A stretch of DNA of 64,000 nt from Chrysomallon squamiferum (GCA_012295275.1 CM022672.1:744001-808000); one strand, 5' to 3'. Positions 1-26,634 are shown, counted from the stretch's first letter. Made by a program: numbers and translations. Notes: generated by a model from the letters alone, not told the origin.

Positions 1-159
1 TGACATAAATAATCAATAGCTTTCTTAAACTGTAATAATAATAATAAAAAAAATTAAACACATCCTCTCTTAAATTGTGAATTAAAATAACAATAGAAAT
101 GAATTTTGTTGAACTGTAATCAAAATATAAACAGAGATAAACTTAACGAGTAGCTTATT

Positions 160-415
160 TCTACTGTAATAACGACACAAATAAACTTAAACACTACCTT
201 TCTTAAACTGTTATAACGACACAAATAAACTTAAACACTACCTTTCTTAAACTGTAATAACAACACAAATACACTTAAATACTACCTTTCTCAAACTGTT
301 ATAACAACACAAATAAACTTAAACACTATCTTTCTTAAACTATTATAACAATATAAATAAACATAAATACTACCTTTCTTACTGTTATTAAAATAACAAC
401 ACAAATAAACTTAAG
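160..415. repeat. about 44-bp minisatellite (acactacctttcttaaactgtaataacaacacaaataaacttaa), 5-6 units
   Basis: Same unit as the large array at 20617-21815; lies in the intron after the linker exon of copy A. Confidence 0.85.
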
Positions 416-652
416 AATCAATACGTACTGGCATTATGAAAGAAATATACAGAAAGAAGTACAAGGGCAACAAGAAAATAAATCAATAAACTTAATAATA
501 ATAATAATTGATTTAACATGGAGAAACGTGAAATTAAAATAATTATAACGATTATTACAATGAACTAATTTACTTGACAAAGAAAGTTATCTAGTTTCAA
601 ATGATATGTTTACAAATAAAATAATTATTCACAAAGTATTTTAGTATCAGAC

Positions 653-2387
653 CTTAGGTTTACTCGATTAATCTTTTCTTCCTTCGTCTAATTCATTCCA
701 GAGTTTGACAACAGCAGCATATGAAAACAGTAATATTAACAGAATGTATTTAAAAAACTCACTACTAAACACTATTATATAAATATCTTAACAATATATA
801 AATACTAGAATGTTATGAAATGTAAATTTTAGTGTCACTTAGAATGTTTCAAAATGTAAATATAAGTGTACATAGAATGTTTTAACGTGCAAATATCAGT
901 GTTACTTAGAATATTTGAACAGGTAAATTCTATACATATATTAGTGTTACACTAAATAATTAAAATATAAATGTTAGTGTGCATAGAATATTTTAACATA
1001 TAAATATCAGTGCTATTTAAAATAGTTTAACATCTAAAAGGAAATTTTACCTAGAACGGGCAAATGGTGAGGGTAACACTGAGGACCTTGTCCAGGTTGA
1101 ATACACTGGACATCAACTTGACCCTGATGACCAACACAACACGTAGTTGTCTCCTCTGTCTCCCAGGCAACAGTGACTGCAGATTTGTAGGATTTGGAAT
1201 CGTGATCGATAATCCCTATCACTGTCCCTGTTTTACCTGGTCCACCTGTAAAGTATTTGTCCGTATTTCATTTCGTTATATTTAAAGTTTGGTTGGTTTC
1301 TAAATCAATCACACATGTAGATATAAAGGTAAAGAGACCCGATTCAGAATGGATAAGCCAAGCAGTATAATACTGATATCTTAAATAAGAGGAAAACGAA
1401 GGGAGATGAATTATAGCAAAGAATAGTCGATTAACGCCTGTTAATTTATTTGTTGCTGTACGTTTAAATCAAAACAGTTTATTTATATTCACCGTCTTTG
1501 TCACCCTGGTTTCTGTGTGTTCCACGAACAACCACAGCGCTAGGAAAGATACCGTAAGTTGGAATCTTAGGCGTGGTGAACCGTGAAGATACCTGACAGC
1601 TACACAAGAAAATGAAAATGAAAAACACTTTAAATAATAACATTAAACTTTAGAATTAACACCAAATTTTAAATATTAAAGCATTTGCTGTTTCAGTTAT
1701 TCTTTATCTTTATTTTGTTTTGTAATTTATTTACCCTTCTGATGTCGGCGTGTCGTATCGAACAAAGTCGTGTGAACGATCATGTTTTCCCATGAAGTAA
1801 CACAAAGAACACAAGTGTAAATCTTCACATTTCTTACACGACCATCTCATTCCTTTTATACCTTTCTCTTCACATCCATTACAAACTTTACCTTTGTGAC
1901 GAACTCCTGAAAACAGAAAAAGAATAATAATAATAATAAATTAAAAATAAAATAAAACTAATAAAATTAAATTAAATAGAATTACAAAATGAAGGGAGTA
2001 ATATGATAGACCTCTCCGAGAAATATTTACTTATCTTATTAATTAAAAGAAGTAATTAAATACGCAAGAAAAGAGGTAATATAAATAAGTAACACTACTA
2101 AATTTAAGAACATATTCCAGGCTAAAAAGTGAATAAAAGTAAATAAAATATGTGTAAAACTAAAATAATATGAAAAATGTTTCACCTGTTGGGCCATTGT
2201 CAAAAATTCGTAACTCAAACGTCTCTCGTTTTCCAGCTGAGCAAATTGTTACATTTCCGTTGTCCCAAATCACTGTACATGTTTTATCTTCATAAGACGT
2301 TACTGTTCCCAGATGACCTTCACCTCCATCTAGTTCTTCTTGTGACCAGTCAGGACCTCGCACAACGCGTAAACCAACAGCCACCAT
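653..2387 (-). pseudogene. MIB2-like: Mind bomb (MIB2-like) paralog copy A, 5' part (MZM region); continues beyond the left edge; probably disabled
   Basis: Phase-consistent GT-AG exons: 2387-2186 (MIB-HERC2, [14 protein letters not shown]), 1906-1735 (ZZ finger, CNGC..CKKC..LCSLC..H..H), 1599-1493 and 1245-1051 (second MIB-HERC2). The next exon, 720-653 (homolog of copy B 23455-23388), has its acceptor changed CAG>CAT and an in-frame TAA at 670-668. Family assignment is confident; pseudogene status is less so. Confidence 0.75.
780..1032. repeat. degenerate ~30-bp minisatellite (ttagaatgttttaacatataaatattagtg-like)
   Basis: Repeated ttagaat...aaatat.agtg motif; paralogous, longer array at 23500-23930 in copy B. 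Confidence 0.7.
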
Positions 2388-2676
2388 GTTATCTGATTAA
2401 GACTAAAATTGAAATAGAAAAAACTTTATTTGCTATAGACTAAATGTGTAGCTTTTTCACATGACAAAAATAAATATTTCTCTTTCTTTTGAAAATGATC
2501 ACCAAGGAAATCGAAAGAAAAACAGTCACTGGAAATTCTTGATAACAATAAAGTGTATGTAATAAACTGATAACAAATTCTTTTAAATAAATAAAGTGTA
2601 TATAAACATTTTTTTTTATACGAGAAGTGTTTGCATGTGAGACATATTTCCCTTTCTTCTGACAGTGATCAACAAG

Positions 2677-2688
2677 GAAATCGAAACT
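2677..2688 (+). promoter_or_regulatory. ISRE/IRF-like element GAAATCGAAACT in first intron of copy A
   Basis: Matches GAAANNGAAACT. A local duplicate is at ~2507 (GAAATCGAAAG) and the paralogous site in copy B is at 25425-25436. Motif match only. Confidence 0.4.
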
Positions 2689-2741
2689 GAATAACACATC
2701 ACCTTAAATTCCTGATAATATTCCTAAAACAATTCTACCAG

Positions 2742-3019
<278 letters not shown>

Positions 3020-4060
3020 CTCTAGTACTACGATCACTGCTTTTACTTCTATTGCTGCCGATAAAGCCCAAGTTAATACTGTGATATTAAAACTTTTATA
3101 AACTGATAATTAAAATATTTCCTGGTTCACAGTCAAAAACGTGATTGTTTTAAATTTTTATTTTTACTTATTTAGCTTATTATTTAAGAAATTTAAGAAA
3201 TAATAAAGGTATCTTCAAGTTGACAGAATAATCTAATGAAATCAGATTTGATTGACTTTTTAAACTGAAAATGGCCACTGAAGTCTATTTCTTAAAACAA
3301 TTTATTTTCTTTTGGTTTAAATTTGGGAAAAACGTTCCTCATTATATAGATATCTTTGTCTGTTTTCTTTATTTCTTTTCTTTCCTTATGCTTATTTATT
3401 TATTTATTTACTTATTCCTTTCTATTTATGTATTTACTTATTCCTCTAATTTATTATTGTAACGGTGACTTGTAATTATATCACTAGAATTTGTAAAACT
3501 CATGAGCAGTTTGAATGGATAAAGCCGAAAGAGCCATTAGCTGGTAAGATAATAATGAAAATAAAATAAATGTTTGATTTGACGATCTAAAGTAAACCTA
3601 GACAACTGTATATTTGTTTATATTTGACCCAGCGGTAAATCCCAAATGATACCTAGCACCACTGATTTAAAATAAGACAAATAATTAAAAAAAGAAAAAA
3701 AAATAAGAAAAAAAAGAAAAAGAAAGAAAAAAGAAGAAAAGATATTTTTGTAAACATATAAATAAAATATTTCCTGGAATGACAATTAGAAACGTAATTG
3801 TTTTAAGTTATAATTATTTATTCTTTCAGCTTATTATTTCAATTCACACACTTAGACAGAAGTAATAATAATTAAAGTTGAGATATTTAGCTAAGATGAA
3901 AGAAGTAAAGTTTAGTTTCAGACACGTTTTATCTAAAAAGCTGTTTGAGCCGTTGTTAACAAAAATTATGTTGTCGTTGTACACTTTGTCAGAAATTAAA
4001 CAATTCTACACAAAACACCTTTATAAATAAAGTTTTTGTCTAAATCATATTTGTACTTAC

Positions 4061-4125
4061 CTGTATGAAATTAACAGATGCTGTCATCGAAATGTATTTG
4101 CAAAATCTTTTGAGGAAATTGATAT
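4061..4125 (-). other. putative non-coding first exon of copy A
   Basis: Strong donor CAG|GTAAGT (plus-strand acttacctg at 4055-4063) conserved with copy B at 25942-25949. The 5' end is not determinable. Confidence 0.5.
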
Positions 4126-5779
4126 TTAACATGTAATCTGTAGATAATACTTGAAAAACTGGTCAGTGTGTTCACATTTAGTCATACAAATGATGAAGAC
4201 ACATTAATATTTTATTTTATTTTATTTTATTTTATTTTATTTTATTTTATTTTATTTTATTTTATTTTATTTTATTTTATTTTGTTTTGTTTTGTTTTAT
4301 TTTATTTTACTAATTCTTTATTTATTTATTTATTTATTTACGGTAATACATTATATAATTTTATTTTATTTTACTGATTTATTTATTTATTTATTATTTT
4401 ACTTATTTCATTATTTCATTATTTATTTTTGATAAAAAAAAATACATAAACTAAAACATTATAAATAAAACAGTTACCACTTTTTTATTCGAATGATAAA
4501 AATTAATAAATAAAAATAATAAGAAGAAAAAGAAAAACAAAAACAATAAATAAAAAATCTTATATAATTCATACAGTATTGTCTTATTTGTCATTGTTTT
4601 CAGGTATCTAAAACAAAAGTTAAAGCTATTCAACTGACCAGTAAGTCTGGAAATGCATTAATTCAATTGCTGAATGAAAATTATATATCACTTACTTAAT
4701 AAATCCACGGTATATATTTAGAACAAATATTTCATTAAAATAAGCAATCTGGACTTCATTTGTTGAAAATGATCAATGTACATGGAGGAAACATTTTTAC
4801 TTGACTTTGATAAATATTAATTATTATTATTATTACTTTTTTTTTTCTATTTATTTGTTTGATTTCATTTGCATGAATAAACAAAATTTTAAAATGATTA
4901 AATCAGGATTAAATTATCAAACATTATTATTTATCTATTTGCTTTACTTTGAAGAAATAAACGACAAATGTACAAAATTTCACTACTATAACCGATTAAA
5001 AAAAAAAAAAAAAAAACAATTAAGGAAGAAGAAATTAAATAATAATAATGTTATTAAAAAGAATAACAATTCTTTACAAAAAATATAACAAACACAATGA
5101 AATTATTTCCACATTAAATTTCATCATACTAGAACATTTATACAAGAATAATAACTAAGAAAAAGAAAACAAAACTTCTGAAAAACACCCAGAGATAAAT
5201 AACAACATACAACTTAATCACAAATTGTTTCCATCTTGAAGTGTTTCTTTAATAGTGTTTGTTTCCTTTGATAGTGTGTGCATACTAGCTAAAAAACCCA
5301 CGAAAACAATTCGTCTCCTTCATAGATTATAGGTATCATTTAAAACAATTGTCTAAACACAATAAAAGCACTGCATTTCTAAAACAGTAGCATTATATGT
5401 GAGTCTAGGAAAGGATCTTTGACAGTCATAAAGTATGACAAGAAAATAAATATCTCTTAATGATGCATGCAGGCTGTCTAATAATAATAATAAAAATAAC
5501 AACAACAACAACAACACAAACAACGACAACAATAATGATAATAATAACTGGAGTATAAAAAACATGACGATAACATTTTTAAGTTACATCAAAAGAATAT
5601 TTTAAAGAAGCACTATAAAGAAGAACTATTTTTAAAATAAAGATGTATTTTTATGTCTAAAGTATTTTTCTCTTTCGTTTTCAGTAGCAGTAATTTTAGA
5701 ATCTAGGAAGTATGCAGTGGATTAAAAGTTTGAGCTTTGTATATAATTGAAAGAAAAACGACAAGTTAAATATAAAAAG

Positions 5780-5817
<38 letters not shown>

Positions 5818-7240
5818 TATTATTATTATTATTATTGTTATTATTATTATATAAGTTTAGGCATCTTTCTTCGACTTTTAAAGCTATCGCAGTTTTATTT
5901 TATTAAGTAAATAAAAATAAAAATAAACAGAAATAAATGAACAAATAAATAAATGTAATAAAAAATAGCGCTTCTAATGGTGATGATTAGTTGACTTTAT
6001 GTACTTGTTTGAAATTTAAACCTTTCATAAGTAATAAATTCATACTAAACTTTATCAGAATGCAATTTTTCTTTCCACTAACTTCGTACTTCATAAAAAC
6101 TACTGTCTACAAGAACTTTTATAAAATATGGAATGGAAGATTCATTTTGTAAAACTAAGCAGAATTAACATCTGATAGAACTAATAAGATTAGGGAACAG
6201 GTATTTTCTCATGAAAATATACAAAAATCACTAACATGTTGCTGATATCTCACTATTTTTGTTGTTATCATTATTTCTCTTTTAATTTTAAGAAAAATAA
6301 AGCCGCAGCCCAAATTATTTCAAAGTGTGCACTGCTTGGATCACCACAGGATCTTTACATTTTATATTTAAATTTTATTTATTTACTTATTTTTTCAATT
6401 AACTTCTTATTTGGTCCACCATTGGTTTAAGCTCGTCTGACCTAGCATCAACCAGATTACCTCCCTTTATGGGGGCGGAGTTACGTATGCTGTGCTGAGG
6501 GGTCAACTGATACTCAAATGTAATCTGTAAATAATACTTGCAAAACAAATCAGTTTGCTCTAAATTTAGGGAGCGAAATGACGCAGGTGTTTGAGTGTTT
6601 GCTAATTTCATTTATTTAATAAATTTATTAGCTTATTTACTTACTTATTTATTTATTATTATTGTTCTTGTAGTTGTAGTTGTTGTTGTTGTTGATATTA
6701 AAGTTTAGTTTCAAACACGTTTTATCTAAAAAGCTGTTAAGTTTCCTTGTCAGTAATTGTGTTGTCGTTGTACATTAGGAGAAATCTGAAATCTTCTGCC
6801 GAGATACTTCGAAAAAAAAAAAAAAAATCTTTAATTGTTGCAATTATTACTATTTTGTGGCAGTGATTTTGTTGATATTATTTTGATCCATTGATATCTT
6901 ATATTAACATGATTTATATTTTATTATTGATTATGATAATTTAATTACTGATTTTTGACAGATATAAGAATTTTAAAAATGTAACTTTCAATTTCTGTCT
7001 GATTTGCCTCCGAATTAAAAATTGCTGCATTCTAGGTTAATTTTTTAAATTTATTTGTTTTTAATTTAATTATTATTATTTTTTTTAATATATACATACT
7101 TTCTAAAATTATGTTTACACACACACACACACAATATTTACTTGGTGTAAAGGGTAAACTGAAACCTGTCTGATGAGTTAGTTTCACCTTAACTTTTTTA
7201 TAGCTGATTTACTTTTAAAACGTTAACACAGTGTGGTCGT

Positions 7241-7310
<70 letters not shown>

Positions 7311-8079
7311 CATGTTAAAGACTGAAGATGATAAATAAAGGTTTCTATTATAATTTTGTAAAGTTTATTTCAAAGAATGTTGTGATATTTAAAATTGACT
7401 TGTACATAATTCAGTGCAATCAATCAAACAAAACTGCATTAAAATATTCATATAATGATAAATACAATTATTCTGTCATTATTTCATTTGAAATTTAATG
7501 GGTTTTTTTTTTTTTTTACATTGTTTCTTGATCTGTCTGTGTGTCTGAACAGGTATCTGTATGTCAGTCAAAGAAATATAAAATTAGAGAAACAACCGCA
7601 CCAATGAAAGATGGTAAGCTCAGAGGAAAAAAAGAAGAAAAAACAGTTTAAAAACGTGACCTAATGTGAAATTGGATTCATCGCATAAGATTTATAATCT
7701 CGAGTTCTAATCTTGTCTTAGGTATCATGTCTCCTCTTTTCTTTATTCTGCACGTTCATAGTCACTTTGAGGGGCACCTGGGCGGAACAGTTTTGTCGTA
7801 AAACGTCATAAGATCGGAAAACAAACCTGACAGAAGATCTGTAATCTCGAGTTTTAATCCGGTGTCAGGTATCATGTCTGATCTTTTCTCTATTGTGCAC
7901 GTTCAGGTTAGTTTTAGCACCTGTTCACAATGATCAGCTTTAGGGGCACCTTGGAAAACTGCAGTTTCAATGATGAGAAAGAAAAGTACATTTATTATTA
8001 TTATTATTAATTAATTAATTTATTTATTATAACTAATTTATTATTATTCGTTTACTTTATTATTATAATTATTATTATA

Positions 8080-8115
<36 letters not shown>

Positions 8116-8339
8116 GGATCAGCTTATTTATTTCACAAAAATACAATAATAACAACTATATAACATTACAGTAATAATTTTATCAGCAAACACAGTAACA
8201 TACATAATGACATACACTGATATATATACACATACAAATATATATACACACCAACACACATATGAATACAGCTAGATGTTACTGTTTACCAGTTCATTCC
8301 GATTATTTCAGTGTGCATGCCATTTTCTTCATATTAAAG

Positions 8340-9650
8340 CTTTTACAAGTAATAAATTCGTAGTAAAAATTTATAAGAATGCAATTATTCTTATCTTGGC
8401 TCCAATTTGATCGTTCTAACAATTTTACTAGGACATTTAAAACTCAGGAGCAGTTTGACTTGATAATGGCGAATGAATCACTGACTATTAAGCTAATCCT
8501 GAAAACTAAAAATGTTGGATTTGGGGATCAAAATAAAGATAGCGAGTATTAGTACCTTTGTTTACATTTAAAATATTTCTTGGTTTGTCAGTTGCTAACG
8601 TGATGCTTTAAATTTTATTTATTTATTAATTTAATTTTTTAATTGTTTTAATTGTTTTACTTCTTTTTTTATAGTTTTCAGCTTATAATTTTGCTTTCGA
8701 CATTTACACAGAAGTAAAAATAATTAAAGTTTATCTAAAAAGCTGTTAGCTTCCTTGATAACAGTTGTTTTGTCGTTTTAGCCTAGGAGAGAAACAACTT
8801 GTAATTTTATCCTTGTATCGGGGTAACAGTGATATTTTGTCAGAATTATCATAGTGTCATTTTATAAACATATAATTAAAATATTTCCTCGAATGACAAT
8901 TAGAAATGAGAATGCTTTAAGTTATAATTTCTGATTCTCTTCCCTTATTATTTCAATTCAGACATTTAGACATAAAGTAAAAATAATTAAAGTTGAGATA
9001 TTTTAGCTAAAATGAAAGAAGTAAAGTCTAGTTTCGGTTACGTTTTATCTAAAAATCAGTTTGCGTCGTTGTTAATAATCATTATGCTGTCGTTGCACAC
9101 TAGGTTAGAAATTAAATACTTCAACTCAAAACACGTTTATAAATAAAATTTATAATTAAATCATATGTTAGTTACCTGTGTGAAATTAACAGATTTTCGC
9201 AAGAAAATGTATTTTCAAAATCTTTTGAGGAAATTGAAACTTACTGTATAATCTACAAATATAACTTGAATTGTGTTCCAAAATTAATCATCCAAATGAT
9301 GTAGGACATTAATAGATTATTATATTTATTTATTTATTTAATAAATTTAGATATTATTTATCTTTATCGATTTCTTTTTCTTGGCTCTAATAGTTTTACT
9401 AGGAAATTTGAAACTCAGGATTTAAAAATGTTGGATTTTATGATCCAAATAAAAATAGCGAATATTAATACCTTTGTTTATATTTATAATATTTCCTGGG
9501 TTGGCATTTGCTAATTATAGTTTTCAGTTTATAATTTTACTTCCGTCATTTACACATGAGTAAAACTAATTAAAGTTTAGTTTCAAACATGTTTTATCTT
9601 AAAAGCTTCTAGCTTCCTTGTTAACAGCAGTGTTGTCGTTGTATACCATT
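8340..9650. repeat. segmental duplicate of the copy A first-exon/intron-1 module
   Basis: 8865-9310 aligns by eye with 3750-4200, and 8426-8520 with 3483-3580. It includes a second donor CAG|GTAACT at 9175-9174 and GAAATTGAAAC at ~9230. Confidence 0.75.
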
Positions 9651-12279
9651 TATTTATTTATTTTTATTTATTAAATTTTATTTATTTATTTATTTAGTTA
9701 GTTAGTTAGTTATTAATTATCTGTTTGTTTGTTTGTTTGTTTATTTGTTTAGTTGCTTGTTTTTGTTTGCTTCTCTTTTTTTTTTATTTTTTTTGTTTTT
9801 TGTTGTTGTTGTTTTTTAATAAACAAAACTAGTTTGCTATTGTAGAGATAACATATCCAATCCTTTAAGCACATATTAAAGTCTGTTTTACTGCTATTGT
9901 ATAAAGGAAGACTACTATCTAAATTTTATAACACAACAATTGGGGAAATGATGTATTATATAAACAAACCCTGTAGCATTGCAGTTATTATGTGTAAAAC
10001 GCGCCACAAAACAAAAATACCAATGTATATGACTCTGTTATTTCTTGTTAAAATAAACCATTTCTTCTGGTTCTTGTAGAAATACATAACTGTACCATAT
10101 ATTAACGAAATGACACTTCTTGCGGAATCGGAGAAACTAACAGGTCTTCTAAACAAGCAGGAAGCGGAGAAAAAGAAAAGCTCGCACGACACACGTGTAT
10201 ACCTAAATAAAGTTCCATTTTATATTTGACGTTATTTCTAGAAATAAGACGAAGAGATAAACTGCTGTGAGAAGTAACAATATTAATGTGCATGTATCTA
10301 TTATACGTGCATGTAAATCAGTTGTATCGTATTCCTAGGGTAGAAATAATGAAGGTAGTCCATTAAGTATATAGTAAACCCTGTTTTATTGTTTTTGAGT
10401 GAAAAACATTAGATTCGCCTGTCGTTGCATCAGAGACATCTGAGTAACAGGAAAACACTACAAACGGTGATATTACTTTTAAATTCGTCTATCAGTATAT
10501 CAGTTGTTGCATAGATTATATCAGTACTGCAGAAAATACCCCGTACAGTAATATTACTTTTAAATTCGTCTATCACTGTATCAGTTGTTGTAGTGACTGT
10601 TTCAGTACTGCAGAAACATCAGTGTAAGTATGTATGTGTGTATGTATGTATGTATGTATGTATGTATGTATGTATGTATGTATGTATGTATGTATGTATG
10701 TATGTATGTATGTATGTATGTATGTATGTACTTACCGTATGTATGAATTTATGTATGTATTAATGTATCTACGAACGTATGTACAAAATAAATAATAACA
10801 ATAAGCTAGTATGGTCCGATTAATATAAACATACAGAAGACAACAATAAAAACTATATAATCATTGTCCATAAATTACTCACACAGTAACAACACACTTT
10901 ACACACTGCGAAAATGATTTTATTTAAAGAAAACTCAAAACACCCAATAAAACAATATGTTCTTCTTATAATAAACCTTATAATAGCTATGTTTTTTTTT
11001 TAAAATGTATTATTATTATTACTTTTTTTATTAAGTAGTTACTTGAAACACTAGGATTACACAACAAATTCCTTTCTTACATTTAACACAGCTACAAGTA
11101 GTAAACTCCCAGTCTGAGCTGTCACTCTTTTTTGTTTAATTTTTCGACGACTCAAGAATAAATGGATATTTTCACCGGATCAAAATTAAGTAAAGGTTGT
11201 ACTGACAAGGTATTATTACAGATGTTTCCTATTATAAAAAAATATATATATATATTCAAACCCCAAATAGTTTTAATTAGTTATTAACAAAAACATATTA
11301 ACATATTTATAAACAACCTTTAGTAGTAGAAATCAAAATAAACATAGCATTCATTAATATTACTAAACAATACCTCACTACAAACAACAAAATATTACAT
11401 CATATTCACCAATAAGTTACTGACTTGTTAGTACATACACTTTCATCTCTGCGGTTTTATTAGTAGTCCAAGTTATAAATAGCCTCGTAGATATACACAG
11501 AACGGACCACACAGAAGTCATTGTAACAGTGGCACTGTAACATACATTCTCTTTATTCTACTTATCGTCTCTAGAAAATAAACCAATTTAAAAACACTGA
11601 TGTTCCGGAAAAATTATTTTAAGTGCAACTGGAGCGACACATCCAATTTCATAAAAACCGATAAAAATATTGGATGTGTCAATCTGGCTTAAAGTAAATA
11701 CAACATTTTGTGAATAATTAATGATAGTTCTATGACATATTTTTATAATAAAATTTTTAAAAAGGAGATGTTTGTTTAAACGTATTCATATAAAACACAC
11801 AAAGACACATGAATCCTATCTAAACAACAACAACAATAAAACTATATAAATACAATAAAAGCAAAAGTAGTCAGAAACGTCTGCTTGTCTGTGAAAACGC
11901 TTGGCCTCTTAAATGTTTAGGCTCAAAAAAGGTTCACTGAAAACTCCATTCAGTATACTTTTTCTTCAGAATAGGCAATATTTTGTTTTACATCAACATG
12001 CAGAATTTTTCACCATTCTTTTAAGCAATATTTACTGACTATATATATATACACAGATGTAGGAATAATAATCATTAAAACACAAAAACTCAAATAATCA
12101 AAAACTCCAAATATTAGAAGATAAAACTGATGTATATTCTCACGATGTATTACTGAATACAAAAACAGAACTGAACCGAACTTGAGATAACAACAGTATC
12201 TACACACTCGTCTCTTTTATACACTGGATCTCAACAATGAATTATAATCACAGTAATATTTCTTCTGTTTTCTCTCAGC

Positions 12280-25265
<12,986 letters not shown>

Positions 25266-25946
25266 GTTATCTGTTTCAGCATGAAATAAAATACTCACGA
25301 CTGTGTAACATATATATTGAATGTCTAACTTTTTTAATAAAATACAAAACAAATAAAACATATATAACCAGTTTGTTTATGAAAAATGTTTAAATGTTAT
25401 TTATTTCTGACAGTGATCACCAAGGAAATGGAAACTGAATAACACTTCACTGGAAATTCTTGATAACATTCCTAAAACAAATCTACTGCAATTCTACTGT
25501 TGTTCAAGTTAATACTGTGATATTAAAACTTTTACAATCTGGTAATTAAAATATTTCCTTGTTCACAATTAAAAACGTTTCTATTTTTATTTATTTAGAT
25601 TATTATTTTGATTTATAAATAATCAAAATATTTCCTTGTTCACAATTAAAAACATTTTAATTTTTATTTATTTTGATTATTATTTTGATTCAGAAATGTC
25701 AGAAATAATAAAGGTATTTTCTAACTGACAATTTCATCTGGTGAAATCAGATTTGATTGATGTTTTTAACTGAAAATGGCCACTGAAATCTATTTCTTAA
25801 AAACACTCTTCCTTCTAATGGTTTAAATTTAAGATCAACTTTTCTACTACTGCTATGTTGTCGTTGTACACTATATCAGAAATTAAACACGTCTACACAA
25901 AACACATTTGTAAATAATTTTTTGTCTAAATCATATTTGTGCTTAC

Positions 25947-26065
25947 CTGTATGAAATTTCTCAACAAAATGTATGTTCAAAATCGTTTGAGGAAATTGGA
26001 ACTGAAGCTGTGAAACTTGGGAAACCCGTCGGTTGATCTAAATATAGCCATGCCATGGCCGGAAG
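25947..26065 (-). promoter_or_regulatory. putative first exon and promoter of copy B (donor, IRF-like, kB-like and ETS-like motifs)
   Basis: Donor CAG|GTAAGC at 25946-25945, GAAATTGGAACTGAAG at ~25992, GGGAAACCC at 26019-26027 and CCGGAAG at 26059-26065. Homology with copy A's upstream region ends here. Confidence 0.45.
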
Positions 26066-26144
26066 CTAATAGACAGACTGTTTATTTATTTATAGATATA
26101 TACATACACATATACATACATACATACATACATACATACATACA

Positions 26145-26176
<32 letters not shown>

Positions 26177-26416
26177 CATACATTCATACATAGATTTATA
26201 AATGTTTACATACCTACGAACACAGACGTTCTTACTGTGAGATCACGTTGTTGTGTATGTAATATTATGCCAGTCAGAGTCACATTATTATAAAGAGTTT
26301 TATGGGGGTTTTTAATTTATTTTGCTACTTTTGCTACTTTTGTTACTTTTGTTGTTGTTGTTATTATTATCATTATTTTCATCATCATTATAATCATCAT
26401 CATCATCATCATCATA

Positions 26417-26465
<49 letters not shown>

Positions 26466-26549
26466 GATGTTGATGGGTATATTTGTGATTTATAGTTAAA
26501 ATCATGTGTTTTTAAAAGAAATTTCTGTATTATTAGATTAGTACTTTTT

Positions 26550-26634
<85 letters not shown>

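Noticed and set aside
653-723. Rescue of copy A lesions (or the copy C frameshift) by A-to-I RNA editing
   Set aside because: Editing could in principle recode TAA but cannot convert the CAT acceptor to CAG or restore a deleted base.
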